The notes beneath the pieces are model-generated. The model was not told the origin of the DNA and made no database searches. It saw nothing but the letters and a program-made list of their open reading frames with translations. The translations under genes were made by a program, and so were the position numbers. DNA of 60,572 bases, counting the filler, from Bdellovibrionota bacterium (GTDB lineage Bacteria; Bdellovibrionota; Bdellovibrionia; Bdellovibrionales; JAEYZS01): assembly GCA_963169515.1 (NCBI GenBank). It is 5 parts of 5 records of this genome, joined end to end, with 100 filler letters (N's around TTAATTAATTAA, not from the genome) between each part and the next. Parts side by side here need not be neighbours in the genome. Positions count along the whole stretch, not along the records: positions 23,515 to 37,319 come from CAUJEF010000162.1; positions 37,420 to 49,050 come from CAUJEF010000164.1; 3 more parts are not named here. The stretch is one strand, 5' to 3'. Positions 29,527 to 38,672 of the stretch are shown in pieces (position 1 is the first letter of the stretch; every line of letters begins with the position of its first letter).

Positions 29527-30030
29527 ATGAAATTAGTTCCTGTTGATATTGCGCACAAGTCTTTTAACAAAAAAATTATGGGTTATGATGAAAATGAAGT
29601 CGCCGCTTTTTTAAGTAAAGTTGCAGAGGAAGTGGATTCGCTGATCCGAGAAGTTAATCGTCTAAAAGAGACACTTCGTGAAAAGGACTTACAAGTTCTT
29701 GAATATCGTGACCGTGACAAGGTTTTAAAAGATACCATTACGTCGGCGCAACAAATGTCTGAAAAAATGGTTAAAGAAGCGGAGCGAGAAGCAAAACTAA
29801 TTATCAACGATGCAAATCAAAAAGCTGATATGATCGGGCGCGACTCTCGAGATCAATTAAAAAATATTTACAGAGACATTTCTGAGCTCAAACGGACAAA
29901 GTTGCAATTTGAAGCGAATGTGAAATCATTGATCCACGCTCATCTGTCGCTTATTGAAAATAAAAATGAATTTTTCAATACAGATTTGCTCAATAAGGTC
30001 GATAAGCCGATCGATCTAAAAGGCCTTTAG
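29527..30030 (+). CDS. divIVA: DivIVA domain protein
   Basis: L.P.DI..K.F....GYD..EV..FL plus coiled coil; AGGAGG RBS. Confidence 0.93.
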   Translation: MKLVPVDIAHKSFNKKIMGYDENEVAAFLSKVAEEVDSLIREVNRLKETLREKDLQVLEYRDRDKVLKDTITSAQQMSEKMVKEAEREAKLIINDANQKADMIGRDSRDQLKNIYRDISELKRTKLQFEANVKSLIHAHLSLIENKNEFFNTDLLNKVDKPIDLKGL

Positions 30031-30660
30031 AGCGCTCAGGTAATAAACTTGCCCCAAATATCTAAACTTTTGATTTCCAAGGGTATCAAGTTCTTTTGTT
30101 TCGTTATTTGTAAATCGGGCCGCCAATTTCACCCCAAATGCGTCAGAGAAAGAAACCTCAACGCCTCCTTCATAATAGCTCCCGAAATCTAACAGAGAGT
30201 CGCTTAGTTTTGGCGCGCTAGGGATATTTTTATATTTAATCGAGAAATATCCGCCAAGACCGCCACCTTCTAAATATGGCCTAAACCAATAATCCTCTAA
30301 AAGTTTCAGTTTAAAACCTAAATTCGCTTGCATGAAGTTCGCATCAAAGGAAACTCCGCTTGCGGTAAATGGAGATCCTGAAAGTGGGGTATAGTCATAG
30401 TTCACCTGACCTTTGGTATCAAGGTAGCTTAACCCAAACGTCAGGTACAAATTCATGGCACCAAACCCCTTTTCCACTCCCAGCCCAGCGAAAACTCCAT
30501 CATCCACCCGAAGATTTAAATTATTTGGTGCGCGAACATTAAAAACAGCAAACCCAACGCCTGCGGAACCGCTTATCCCATCTGGGCGAAGGTTTACCCT
30601 TTGGGCATAAAGGCTTTCAGTTGTAAAACAAAGTGTTAAAATTACCAATAAGCGCTTCAT
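30016..30660 (-). CDS. outer-membrane beta-barrel protein
   Basis: Signal peptide, FRPY.EGG.., terminal F. Confidence 0.7.
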   Translation of the reverse strand: MKRLLVILTLCFTTESLYAQRVNLRPDGISGSAGVGFAVFNVRAPNNLNLRVDDGVFAGLGVEKGFGAMNLYLTFGLSYLDTKGQVNYDYTPLSGSPFTASGVSFDANFMQANLGFKLKLLEDYWFRPYLEGGGLGGYFSIKYKNIPSAPKLSDSLLDFGSYYEGGVEVSFSDAFGVKLAARFTNNETKELDTLGNQKFRYLGQVYYLSALKAF

Positions 30661-30679
30661 GACGATTCCCCCAAAACTT

Positions 30680-30790
30680 CTATTTCTTTTTCATCGCTTT
30701 TGCACGACGGGCTTTAACGCGAGCTTTTTTCTTTGCTTGGCGCTTTCTTCTGCGCATTTTTTTAGATTTACGGTTATCGCCTCTTGCCAT
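30680..30790 (-). CDS. 36-aa highly basic small protein (missed by ORF track)
   Basis: Strong GGAGGTGA RBS; MARGDNRKSKKMRRRKRQAKKKARVKARRAKAMKKK. Confidence 0.8.
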   Translation of the reverse strand: MARGDNRKSKKMRRRKRQAKKKARVKARRAKAMKKK

Positions 30791-30887
30791 AGTCACCTCC
30801 GGTAAAGTTGCATTAGTTGCTGTTATCGTATCTCATTAAACCGTAATTCTTGATCTGGTCAAGGTCGACTGTTACAATGGAGCAACA

Positions 30888-31589
30888 ATGAACTTTCTGG
30901 TTTTTCTTTTAAGCTTGTCTTCCCCCTCTTTTGCCTATCATACCGAAGGCCTTTGGATACCTCGTCACGAGACTCTGGTAAGCAACACATGGCGAGTTGA
31001 TTTTCAGAATCTTAATAGTATCGACAAGGAACAAACGCCGAATGCCGCTGATCATCAGGCGTCAATGGGCGTTTCATACGGTCTTTACAGTGGTGAAATT
31101 GTCACTGTTGAGGCGGGTGTGGATTGGAAAGAGCCTGCCGTAAAGCAAACGGTGAACGCGCTCTATTTTAATTTTAAAGTGTCCACCAATTTTTATGCAA
31201 AAAGGGGATGGGGAGTCAGCATAGGTACTTATGATTTTGGGCTTTCCGGCGGTGAAACCGATTATAATATGATTTATCTTTTAGTACAAAATGGCTGGGG
31301 ATCGAATTGGTCGACGACGTTGGGCGGAGTCGTTGGAAATTCGCGTTTACTTTTAAATGATGAGGGCGGGAACGATAACAAGGGGTTGATAGCTGGTGTT
31401 TGGCGTCAAATGGCAAAAGATTTTGCTGCTGGCGCAGAAATACAAACAGCAAGTGTACGTTATGGTTATATGTTTGTTGGCTTTAAGTGGGAAATTAAAA
31501 ACGAAACTCACTTGAACATAGGTTATGGCCACGCCAGTTCGAACATTGCCAAAGACTGGATCTTAGCTCGAATTTCATTGATTTTGTAA
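30888..31589 (+). CDS. putative outer-membrane protein
   Basis: Signal peptide ending SFA; amphipathic beta strands. Confidence 0.65.
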   Translation: MNFLVFLLSLSSPSFAYHTEGLWIPRHETLVSNTWRVDFQNLNSIDKEQTPNAADHQASMGVSYGLYSGEIVTVEAGVDWKEPAVKQTVNALYFNFKVSTNFYAKRGWGVSIGTYDFGLSGGETDYNMIYLLVQNGWGSNWSTTLGGVVGNSRLLLNDEGGNDNKGLIAGVWRQMAKDFAAGAEIQTASVRYGYMFVGFKWEIKNETHLNIGYGHASSNIAKDWILARISLIL

Positions 31590-31613
31590 ACAGAGAGCGC
31601 ATTAATCATTCGA

Positions 31614-32843
31614 ATGAAGAAAAGCCCCCTACTTGTTATTTTTCTTGTCGTATTTATTGATTTGGTTGGTTTTGGGATTATTATTCCTCTTGGGCCCTAT
31701 CTCGGCACACAAGTTGGCGCAACTCCGTTTGAAATCGGCCTTTTGATGTCGATTTATTCAATCATGCAATTTATTTTTGCGCCTATGTGGGGACGTTTAA
31801 GCGACCGTTTGGGACGTAGGCCGATAATTCTCACCTCACTTTTGGGTGGCGCGATTGCACATACACTGTATGCCTATTCGGATAGTGTTTGGATGTTGTT
31901 TTTAGGGCGGGGCCTTGCAGGCTTTTTTGGCGCAAACATTTCGGCAGCAATGGCTTACATTGCTGACGTGACAGATAAGAAAAATCGATCCAAGGGCATG
32001 GGTTTGATCGGTGCCGCGTTTGGTTTGGGGTTTATTCTTGGCCCACCGATAGGAGGCTTTCTTGGGGAATTAGGTACAAATATAAGTCACAACCCACCTT
32101 TTGGGTTGGGGTTTGGGGCGCTGGGTGCCTCTGCCTTATGTCTAATGAACTTTTTATTGGCATCAAAAGTTTTAAAAGAAAGTTTAACCCCCGAAATTCG
32201 ATCGCGTTTGTTGAAACGGGAATCGCGTTTTGTAATGATCAAAAAATTTGTGACCAAAGAAACTCTTGGGGCTTTGCTGTTGATCGGATTTTTAGCAACG
32301 ACCGCCATGGCAAACATGGAATCAACGCTGGGCCTTTATGTCAAAGACCGATGGAATTGGAGTTTAAAGCAGACGGGATTTGCATTTGCCTATATCGGTA
32401 TGATTCACGTATTCACCCAAGGATTTTTGATTCGAAAGCTTATGCCTAAGCTGGGCGAAGCAAAAATGATGACCATTGGTTTAGTACTCGCGACAATCGG
32501 GTTCACAGGGATTGCCTTTGTCAATTCATCAACACCGTTGGCACTGACGGTCACATTTTTAGGATTTGGAATGGGAGTTTTTAACCCGTCTTTAATGGGC
32601 AGTATTTCGTTAACGGCAAATCCCGAAGATCAGGGGGCGGTCATGGGCGTTCAGCAGAGTTTTTCAGCGCTCGGACGAATTATTGGTCCCATTACAGGTG
32701 GCTGGATTTATGAAAACATAGACCGACCTGCGTCGTTTATTGCAGCTGGCTTTTTTGCGCTTATCAGCCTTCTTGTTGTAATAAGGTTGTATCCTCGCTT
32801 GCCGCACTCGGGCTTAACCAGGAGCACGAATGAAATGGTTTAA
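31614..32843 (+). CDS. MFS transporter, TetA/DHA1-like
   Basis: D..GFGII.P, WGRLSDRLGRRP (motif A), GFILGP.IGG (motif C). Confidence 0.92.
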   Translation: MKKSPLLVIFLVVFIDLVGFGIIIPLGPYLGTQVGATPFEIGLLMSIYSIMQFIFAPMWGRLSDRLGRRPIILTSLLGGAIAHTLYAYSDSVWMLFLGRGLAGFFGANISAAMAYIADVTDKKNRSKGMGLIGAAFGLGFILGPPIGGFLGELGTNISHNPPFGLGFGALGASALCLMNFLLASKVLKESLTPEIRSRLLKRESRFVMIKKFVTKETLGALLLIGFLATTAMANMESTLGLYVKDRWNWSLKQTGFAFAYIGMIHVFTQGFLIRKLMPKLGEAKMMTIGLVLATIGFTGIAFVNSSTPLALTVTFLGFGMGVFNPSLMGSISLTANPEDQGAVMGVQQSFSALGRIIGPITGGWIYENIDRPASFIAAGFFALISLLVVIRLYPRLPHSGLTRSTNEMV

Positions 32844-33216
32844 AAAAATCATTTTATTTTTAAAAAAATCAAAATCTAAAATTCCTGATCAGAAATTTAT
32901 GAAGATAGGAGAGTATCAGTTTCAAAATTTGATGTTGAGTCGCGTTCCGTGTTTAATTTTGGATTTGCGGGTTACAGAGGCCGACAAGCCGCAAATACAG
33001 CGTAGTTACAAAGTTATAGACGAAAATGCACTAGCCTTTGTAAGACAGCAGACCAGCGACGTTCAGCATCCGATCTTATTAATCTCAGATGATGGGAGTG
33101 TTGCAATTAAGGTAGCCGAACAGCTTTCAAACGCAAAATATTTCAATGTTGTAGTTCTTGAGGGGGGTGTCCGAGCTCTCAGTGAACAAGCAAAGGCGCA
33201 GTTACCGCCTAATTAG
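32830..33216 (+). CDS. rhodanese-like domain protein
   Basis: ILDLR and Y.NV..LEGG; no obvious catalytic Cys. Confidence 0.6.
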   Translation: MKWFKKIILFLKKSKSKIPDQKFMKIGEYQFQNLMLSRVPCLILDLRVTEADKPQIQRSYKVIDENALAFVRQQTSDVQHPILLISDDGSVAIKVAEQLSNAKYFNVVVLEGGVRALSEQAKAQLPPN

Positions 33217-34482
33217 TTTCAAGACTTTATCTGACTTTTCTGGATCAACATAAATACGATCAATCCGTCTTGTCTTTTCGTACTGCTGAAAGATGTTCGT
33301 GGTTTCTTCTATGGGGTAAGGCTTTTCTGACGGGTTGTATTTATCTACCACATAAATTTGGCGCCCCTTTTCTTCGATTGGTAAAGAGGGATGGTATTTT
33401 GAAAGGCGCGCCTTTGAACTGGAATGAATGAATTCAATGTCATTTTCTTCCAGTTGTTTTCGAATTTCTCCTGTTCGTTTGTTTTCGTGTGTTTCATGTA
33501 ATTCGTAGATCATTTTTAACGGTGCACGCCGTGCAATTCTACGTGCCCACGGATTATTTGCGCGAACGATATGCTCATAAAAATGGTAATCAGTAAAATG
33601 GGTGTATTCGTTTATGTCTGCTGGAATTTTGTAATCACAATCGTCGGAAGTTAGATATCGCTGAAGCATCTCATCATAAATAATGGCCTTGTGGTGAAAG
33701 TAAACCATTAAATACATATGATGCCGAGAAATTAGAAAATCATCGAACGTATAAAGGGCACGGCGATTAATGGCTAGATGTAATCGGCCATCGACTTCGT
33801 GATACATGAAATTTTCGATTAGCCACTTGTATTCTATTTTTCCATAAGAAATTCCACAAAAATGTGAATCCCGCGATAAATAATCCATGCGGTCCACATC
33901 TAACTCCGAGCTGATGATTTGCGATAAGAGTGGGCGTACGTCAATGCCGTCGATATCAAAAAAATCATCCGGCGATTTGATTTTTGGATCAATTACGCAC
34001 GCGATATGTAGTGGATGAATATCGCTGAAATTTTCTTTCAGGGTTTTGCTTAGTGGCGAATCTGTTATAAATTTTATTGTGAAATCCTCATGATTCGCTC
34101 GTCGATCTGGATCTGCAATGCGTTCGAGGGCTTTGATTTTTAGGTCCCTAAAGGCAGGCATGACTTCTTCGCTCGCGTGTGAAAGCGGACCATGACCAAC
34201 ATCATGCAAGAGAGCAGCAAGCATTACGGTCTGACGAAGGCGTTGTTTGTCTTTTTTATTTTTAAACTCATAGTTTTCAAAAATTTTGTCGAACGCAGAT
34301 CGGGCCAAATGGCTTGCGCCGAGCGAGTGTATAAATCTGTTATGTGTGGCTCCGGGGAAGCTATACTCACCAAAGCCTAATTGTTTAATGCTTCTTAGAC
34401 GTTGAAATGCCGGGCTGTCTAAAATTGCAGTTTCTGCGTTGCTGAGTTCTATGGAGCCATGAACAGGATCTAATATTTCCAT
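33202..34482 (-). CDS. HD-domain phosphohydrolase (dNTPase/SAMHD1-like family)
   Basis: DPVHG, FQRLR.IKQLG, H.RF.HSLG, LLHDVGHGPLSH, LDVDRMDYL.RD. Confidence 0.92.
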   Translation of the reverse strand: MEILDPVHGSIELSNAETAILDSPAFQRLRSIKQLGFGEYSFPGATHNRFIHSLGASHLARSAFDKIFENYEFKNKKDKQRLRQTVMLAALLHDVGHGPLSHASEEVMPAFRDLKIKALERIADPDRRANHEDFTIKFITDSPLSKTLKENFSDIHPLHIACVIDPKIKSPDDFFDIDGIDVRPLLSQIISSELDVDRMDYLSRDSHFCGISYGKIEYKWLIENFMYHEVDGRLHLAINRRALYTFDDFLISRHHMYLMVYFHHKAIIYDEMLQRYLTSDDCDYKIPADINEYTHFTDYHFYEHIVRANNPWARRIARRAPLKMIYELHETHENKRTGEIRKQLEENDIEFIHSSSKARLSKYHPSLPIEEKGRQIYVVDKYNPSEKPYPIEETTNIFQQYEKTRRIDRIYVDPEKSDKVLKLIRR

Positions 34483-34631
34483 TGATTGAAATTTTTAGCC
34501 GTAAAATTTGGCATAGGCAATGTGATCAAGTATTTAACGCGCTTCAAAAATAAATCGCAGTCTGTACAATATCGGACCACTACGGATATGATTTTCAGAG
34601 CACCAGCTACCTATTTGTCCAAAGGAACAGG

Positions 34632-35429
34632 ATGAAACAATACCATGATTTGATGAAACGGATTTTAATCGAAGGCCAAGAGCGCAAAGATCGAACGGGC
34701 ACGGGGACATTGAGCGTGTTTGGGCATCAGATGCGATTCCCCCTTCAAGAGGGCTTTCCATTAATTACGACAAAAAAAATTCATTTGAAATCTATCATCT
34801 ATGAGCTGTTGTGGTTTTTGAAGGGCGAAACAAATATAAGATACTTAAAAGAAAATAATGTACGCATTTGGGATGAATGGGCCAACGAAGAAGGCGAGCT
34901 GGGCCCAGTTTATGGAGCCCAGTGGAGAAATTGGAGAACGTACGAGGGCGCAAGCGTTGATCAAATTTCTTGGCTTGTTAACGAGATCAAAACAAATCCA
35001 CAATCGCGTCGTTTAATCGTGAATGCGTGGAATGTTGGTGACATACAAAAAATGGCATTGCCTCCGTGCCATACGATGTTTCAATTTTATGTATCCGTAG
35101 ATGGCCGCTTGTCCTGTCAATTATATCAGAGAAGTGCGGATGTGTTTTTGGGCGTACCGTTTAATATCGCCAGTTATGCGTTGTTAACAATGATGATTGC
35201 CCAAGTATGTGATTTGACCCCTGGAGATTTTATTCATACATTTGGTGATGCGCATTTGTATACTAATCACTTGGAACAAGCTCACCTGCAACTATCTCGC
35301 GACCCAAAACCGTTGCCGCGTATGATTATCAATTCTGCAGTAAAAGATATTTACGGCTTTAGTTACGACGATTTCCAGTTGGTTGGCTACGATGCGCATC
35401 CACATATTAAGGCGCAGGTTTCAGTTTGA
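34632..35429 (+). CDS. thyA: thymidylate synthase
   Basis: DRTGTGT, FPL.TTKK, ELLWF, LPPCH, QRSAD.FLGVPFN. Confidence 0.98.
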   Translation: MKQYHDLMKRILIEGQERKDRTGTGTLSVFGHQMRFPLQEGFPLITTKKIHLKSIIYELLWFLKGETNIRYLKENNVRIWDEWANEEGELGPVYGAQWRNWRTYEGASVDQISWLVNEIKTNPQSRRLIVNAWNVGDIQKMALPPCHTMFQFYVSVDGRLSCQLYQRSADVFLGVPFNIASYALLTMMIAQVCDLTPGDFIHTFGDAHLYTNHLEQAHLQLSRDPKPLPRMIINSAVKDIYGFSYDDFQLVGYDAHPHIKAQVSV

Positions 35430-35923
35430 TCATTTCTCAAATCGCCGCTATGGCCCAAAATAGAGTGATCGGGAACAATAATACATTGCCGTGGGATATT
35501 CCCCAAGACATGAAATTTTTTAGGGATACGACTAAGCATAAAATTATAATAATGGGGCGAAAGACCTGGGATGCCATGGGATCAAAACCGCTCCCAGATC
35601 GATTTAATATAATTATCACTCGCGATTCTAATTACGTTGCCGAGGGTGGGACGGTTACACATTCAATCCAGGAGGCGTTGGAAAAGGCTGAGGCACAAAT
35701 TGCGCAATGGAGTGAGGAAGTTTTTGTAATCGGAGGCGCTGAAATTTATAAATTGGCGTTACCCTTTACGGATAAAATTTATCTCACTGAAATTGATGGG
35801 GCTTACGAAGGTGACGCTCATTTTCCAGAGTTTGATTCGAATGTCTTTAAGCTAGTTAAAAAAGAACCAAACTCAGGACCTGTTAACTTTTCTTTTTGCG
35901 TTTATCAAAAAGTTTTGAATTAA
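35426..35923 (+). CDS. folA: dihydrofolate reductase
   Basis: [35 protein letters not shown]. Confidence 0.97.
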   Translation: MIISQIAAMAQNRVIGNNNTLPWDIPQDMKFFRDTTKHKIIIMGRKTWDAMGSKPLPDRFNIIITRDSNYVAEGGTVTHSIQEALEKAEAQIAQWSEEVFVIGGAEIYKLALPFTDKIYLTEIDGAYEGDAHFPEFDSNVFKLVKKEPNSGPVNFSFCVYQKVLN

Positions 35924-35972
35924 AGTTCAAATCGGCCCAAGGTCCAGTTTCGATTCATTTTGAGACAAATTC

Positions 35973-35999
35973 TAAAGTCTCAAAATGAATCACCGAAAA
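35973..35999 (+). promoter_or_regulatory. sigma28 (FliA) promoter of flagellin
   Basis: TAAA-N15-ACCGAAAA about 70 nt upstream of the ATG. Confidence 0.75.
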
Positions 36000-36069
36000 G
36001 TACCATAGACAAATACTAACCCAAGGGAATCAAGGAACGATTCTCTAAACAACTCAAGGAGGAGTAGCT

Positions 36070-36915
36070 ATGGGACTTAGGATTAATACAAACGTAGCTG
36101 CCATCAACGCGCAGAGAAACTTGCGTGGTACGCGGATGGAGCTCGACAAATCCCTAGAGAAACTATCTTCTGGTTACCGGATTAACAAAGCAGGTGACGA
36201 TGCTGCGGGTCTGGCGATCTCAGAATCATTGAGAGCGCAAATTCGTGGATTCAAACAGGCTTTGAGAAATACGCAAGACGGTATTTCTATGATTCAGGTG
36301 GCAGAGGGTGGTTTGAACGAAACCAGCTCGATCTTAATTCGTTTGCGCGAGTTAGCGGTGCAGGCAGCTTCTGACACGATCGGACCTGTCGAACGCCAAT
36401 TCCTAAACGTCGAGTACGATCAGTTGATTTCAGAGATTGACCGTATCGCAGACGCGACAGAATTTAATGGAACACATCTGTTAAATGGTACAGGCGCACT
36501 GTTTGACTTTCAAATTGGTATTCGGAATGATCCAACGATCGACCGTATTACTTTCGATGCTTCGAAAGCAGATTCCAATTCGGCGTCTTTAGGTGTGAAT
36601 CTTACTTCTGTTGCGGATAAGGCATCTGCACAAAACAGCTTAAGCGCTATCGATTCGGCAATTATGTCGGTGTCGGGCATGAGAGCAGACTTTGGTGCGA
36701 TTCAAAACCGCTTACAAACAACAATCAACAATTTAGCAATTCAGGTTGAAAACATTTCTGCTGCGAATTCTCGTATCCGAGATACAGACATCGCTGAAGA
36801 AACATCTGAATTAACGAAAAACAACGTGCTGATGCAAGCTGGAACGTCCGTTTTGGCCCAAGCGAACCAAAGTAATGCATCTGCACTTGCTCTGATTCAA
36901 AAGACCTTTGGATGA
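36070..36915 (+). CDS. fliC: flagellin (short, 281 aa)
   Basis: RINTN, LSSGYRINKAGDDAAGLAISE, SRIRDTD.A.E, VLAQAN. Confidence 0.97.
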   Translation: MGLRINTNVAAINAQRNLRGTRMELDKSLEKLSSGYRINKAGDDAAGLAISESLRAQIRGFKQALRNTQDGISMIQVAEGGLNETSSILIRLRELAVQAASDTIGPVERQFLNVEYDQLISEIDRIADATEFNGTHLLNGTGALFDFQIGIRNDPTIDRITFDASKADSNSASLGVNLTSVADKASAQNSLSAIDSAIMSVSGMRADFGAIQNRLQTTINNLAIQVENISAANSRIRDTDIAEETSELTKNNVLMQAGTSVLAQANQSNASALALIQKTFG

Positions 36916-37006
36916 TAATCTCATCCGATGGCATGGCTCTGGATCTCTAACCCCAAGAGAGAACTAAGCTCTCTCTTGAGTTGATATCCATACTGTTTCC
37001 TGCTTG

Positions 37007-37041
37007 AAAGGCGTTGTGAATAACAACGCCTTTGTTTTTTA
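37007..37041 (+). terminator. intrinsic terminator after flagellin
   Basis: AAAGGCGTTGT-GAATA-ACAACGCCTTT followed by GTTTTTT. Confidence 0.85.
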
Positions 37042-37067
37042 TACCAACTGAAAACAAGGCTGTATTT

Positions 37068-37319
37068 CTATCTATTGCTAAGGTTCAAGCGAGATTTTTC
37101 ACACGCGATGAGAGTTTTGGTGACCTCGTTAGTTTGAATGCTTTCTAGACCAGCAGAGGTTTTCGCAGTCATTGCGAAGTAGTATGTTCCGGGCGCAAGG
37201 CCTGTTATTGTATATGTGGTGGCTGCAGGATTTGCGACATCAATGGTTGTGAAATACGTTCGAGAGGCATTCCCATAAAAAATATTAAAACCCGACAAAT
37301 CTGTTAGTGGAGTTCCGTC
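37068..37319 (-). CDS. fibronectin type III domain protein, C-terminal part (5' truncated)
   Basis: GF.I.YG, TYTITGLAPGTYYFAMTA...GLES..TNEV. Confidence 0.8.
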   Translation of the reverse strand, partial: DGTPLTDLSGFNIFYGNASRTYFTTIDVANPAATTYTITGLAPGTYYFAMTAKTSAGLESIQTNEVTKTLIACEKSRLNLSNR

Positions 37320-37419
37320 NNNNNNNNNNNNNNNNNNNNNNNNNNNNNNNNNNNNNNNNNNNNTTAATTAATTAANNNNNNNNNNNNNNNNNNNNNNNNN
37401 NNNNNNNNNNNNNNNNNNN
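37320..37419. other. artificial contig-join spacer
   Basis: N-run with TTAATTAATTAA. Confidence 0.99.
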
Positions 37420-38413
37420 GTCCCGATACATTGGGCTTAGACTGAAGCGCTTTTTCGTAGCAATATCTTAATTGGCCCTTATTGCGTTGGATAACTGCAT
37501 CTACCTGATCTGGGTCAAGACCGCCTTCGATCATAGCTTCTTCACTGAGCGGAAGAAAATAGCCCCCAGAGCGACCAGCCAAATTCACAGCGCCGTATCC
37601 AGCTTGGCCATTTCCTTTTCCGTGTGTACCGTATCCACCGTATCCGTTCATCTTTTCGCCATTACCAATGCCAGCTTGCAATAGACCTTTTCCAAGCAGT
37701 GAGCGTGAGCTTCCGCCAGACGCGCGAGTGGCATCGAAGCCATAGCCCATGTTGTTGCTTGGCGCTTTTGAAAGACCACCCAGCCCCTTGGAATTTGGAG
37801 TCATTCCGCCAAGAGCACTCAGTGCGCCCATTTCGCGTAACTGATTCCCTGATCGTATGTTCTGACCTTTTTGTTTTCTTGCAGAGACATTTGCGATTTT
37901 TGGTGCCGATTTTTGAACTTTTTTGGCTGCAAATTTAACTGCCTCTTTTAGTTTGATCTTATTCATTTCAACGACTGGATTTTTTTCGGCTGGTGGCCGT
38001 TGAAATACTTTTACAATTTGTGTTTGTTTTTCTTCCTTGTGACTGGAGATATACAGTCCAATGCCAATCATCAGCGCCAAAAGCGTCAACTGGATACCAG
38101 ACGTCCATTTTAAGAAAAATTTAAAATCGCGTACATCCTTTTCTGTATGTTCGGCTGCATCGGCCATGGCTGATTCGATTGAATCTGCGTGTCTCACCTG
38201 ACCCCATGGACCTTTTGCTACAACAGCACCAGATTTTATGTTTTTTTCGACTGAACCTAGAGTTTTAAATTCAACATCTTCAAGACCCTCAGTTGAACGG
38301 AGGATTTCAATGCGTTTTGTGTCGAAGCGATAAATCACCTCGAGTGTTTCCTTGTTAAATGGAATCACTCGAGCGGTTTGGCCTTTCGAATTTTGAATTA
38401 CTAGAAAACTCAT
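37420..38413 (-). CDS. AgmX/PglI C-terminal domain (GltG/TonB-like) protein, 3' truncated
   Basis: TM helix, Gly-rich linker, GGLD...V..VI......LRYCYEKALQ.KP.V.G. Confidence 0.8.
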
Positions 38414-38417
38414 ACTC

Positions 38418-38669
38418 TCAACGTCCTGTTTTTGATCGATTAATTCGATCGTTAAAATTGCGGCGATAATCGATGAGCGTCGGAGTTGTTTTTTCTTCTT
38501 CCACCGTCGTCGCGACACCGAAGGGCTTGTGATGCTTTCCTTCGACTGTGGCGCCATCAAAGCGAATGTCTGTGCTCAAGCGAGACTTTTCGGCCTTCGC
38601 TTTTGCCTGGATTGATCCAAGTAAAATTGACAGGGTAAGGGTTTGTAAAATGACAAAAAAGGTCTTCAT
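38418..38669 (-). CDS. small secreted GltF/CglF-like protein
   Basis: Signal peptide; I.FD...VEG....P and LI..R.NF..RI pattern; position in the gliding cluster. Confidence 0.6.
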   Translation of the reverse strand: MKTFFVILQTLTLSILLGSIQAKAKAEKSRLSTDIRFDGATVEGKHHKPFGVATTVEEEKTTPTLIDYRRNFNDRINRSKTGR

Positions 38670-38672
38670 TTT

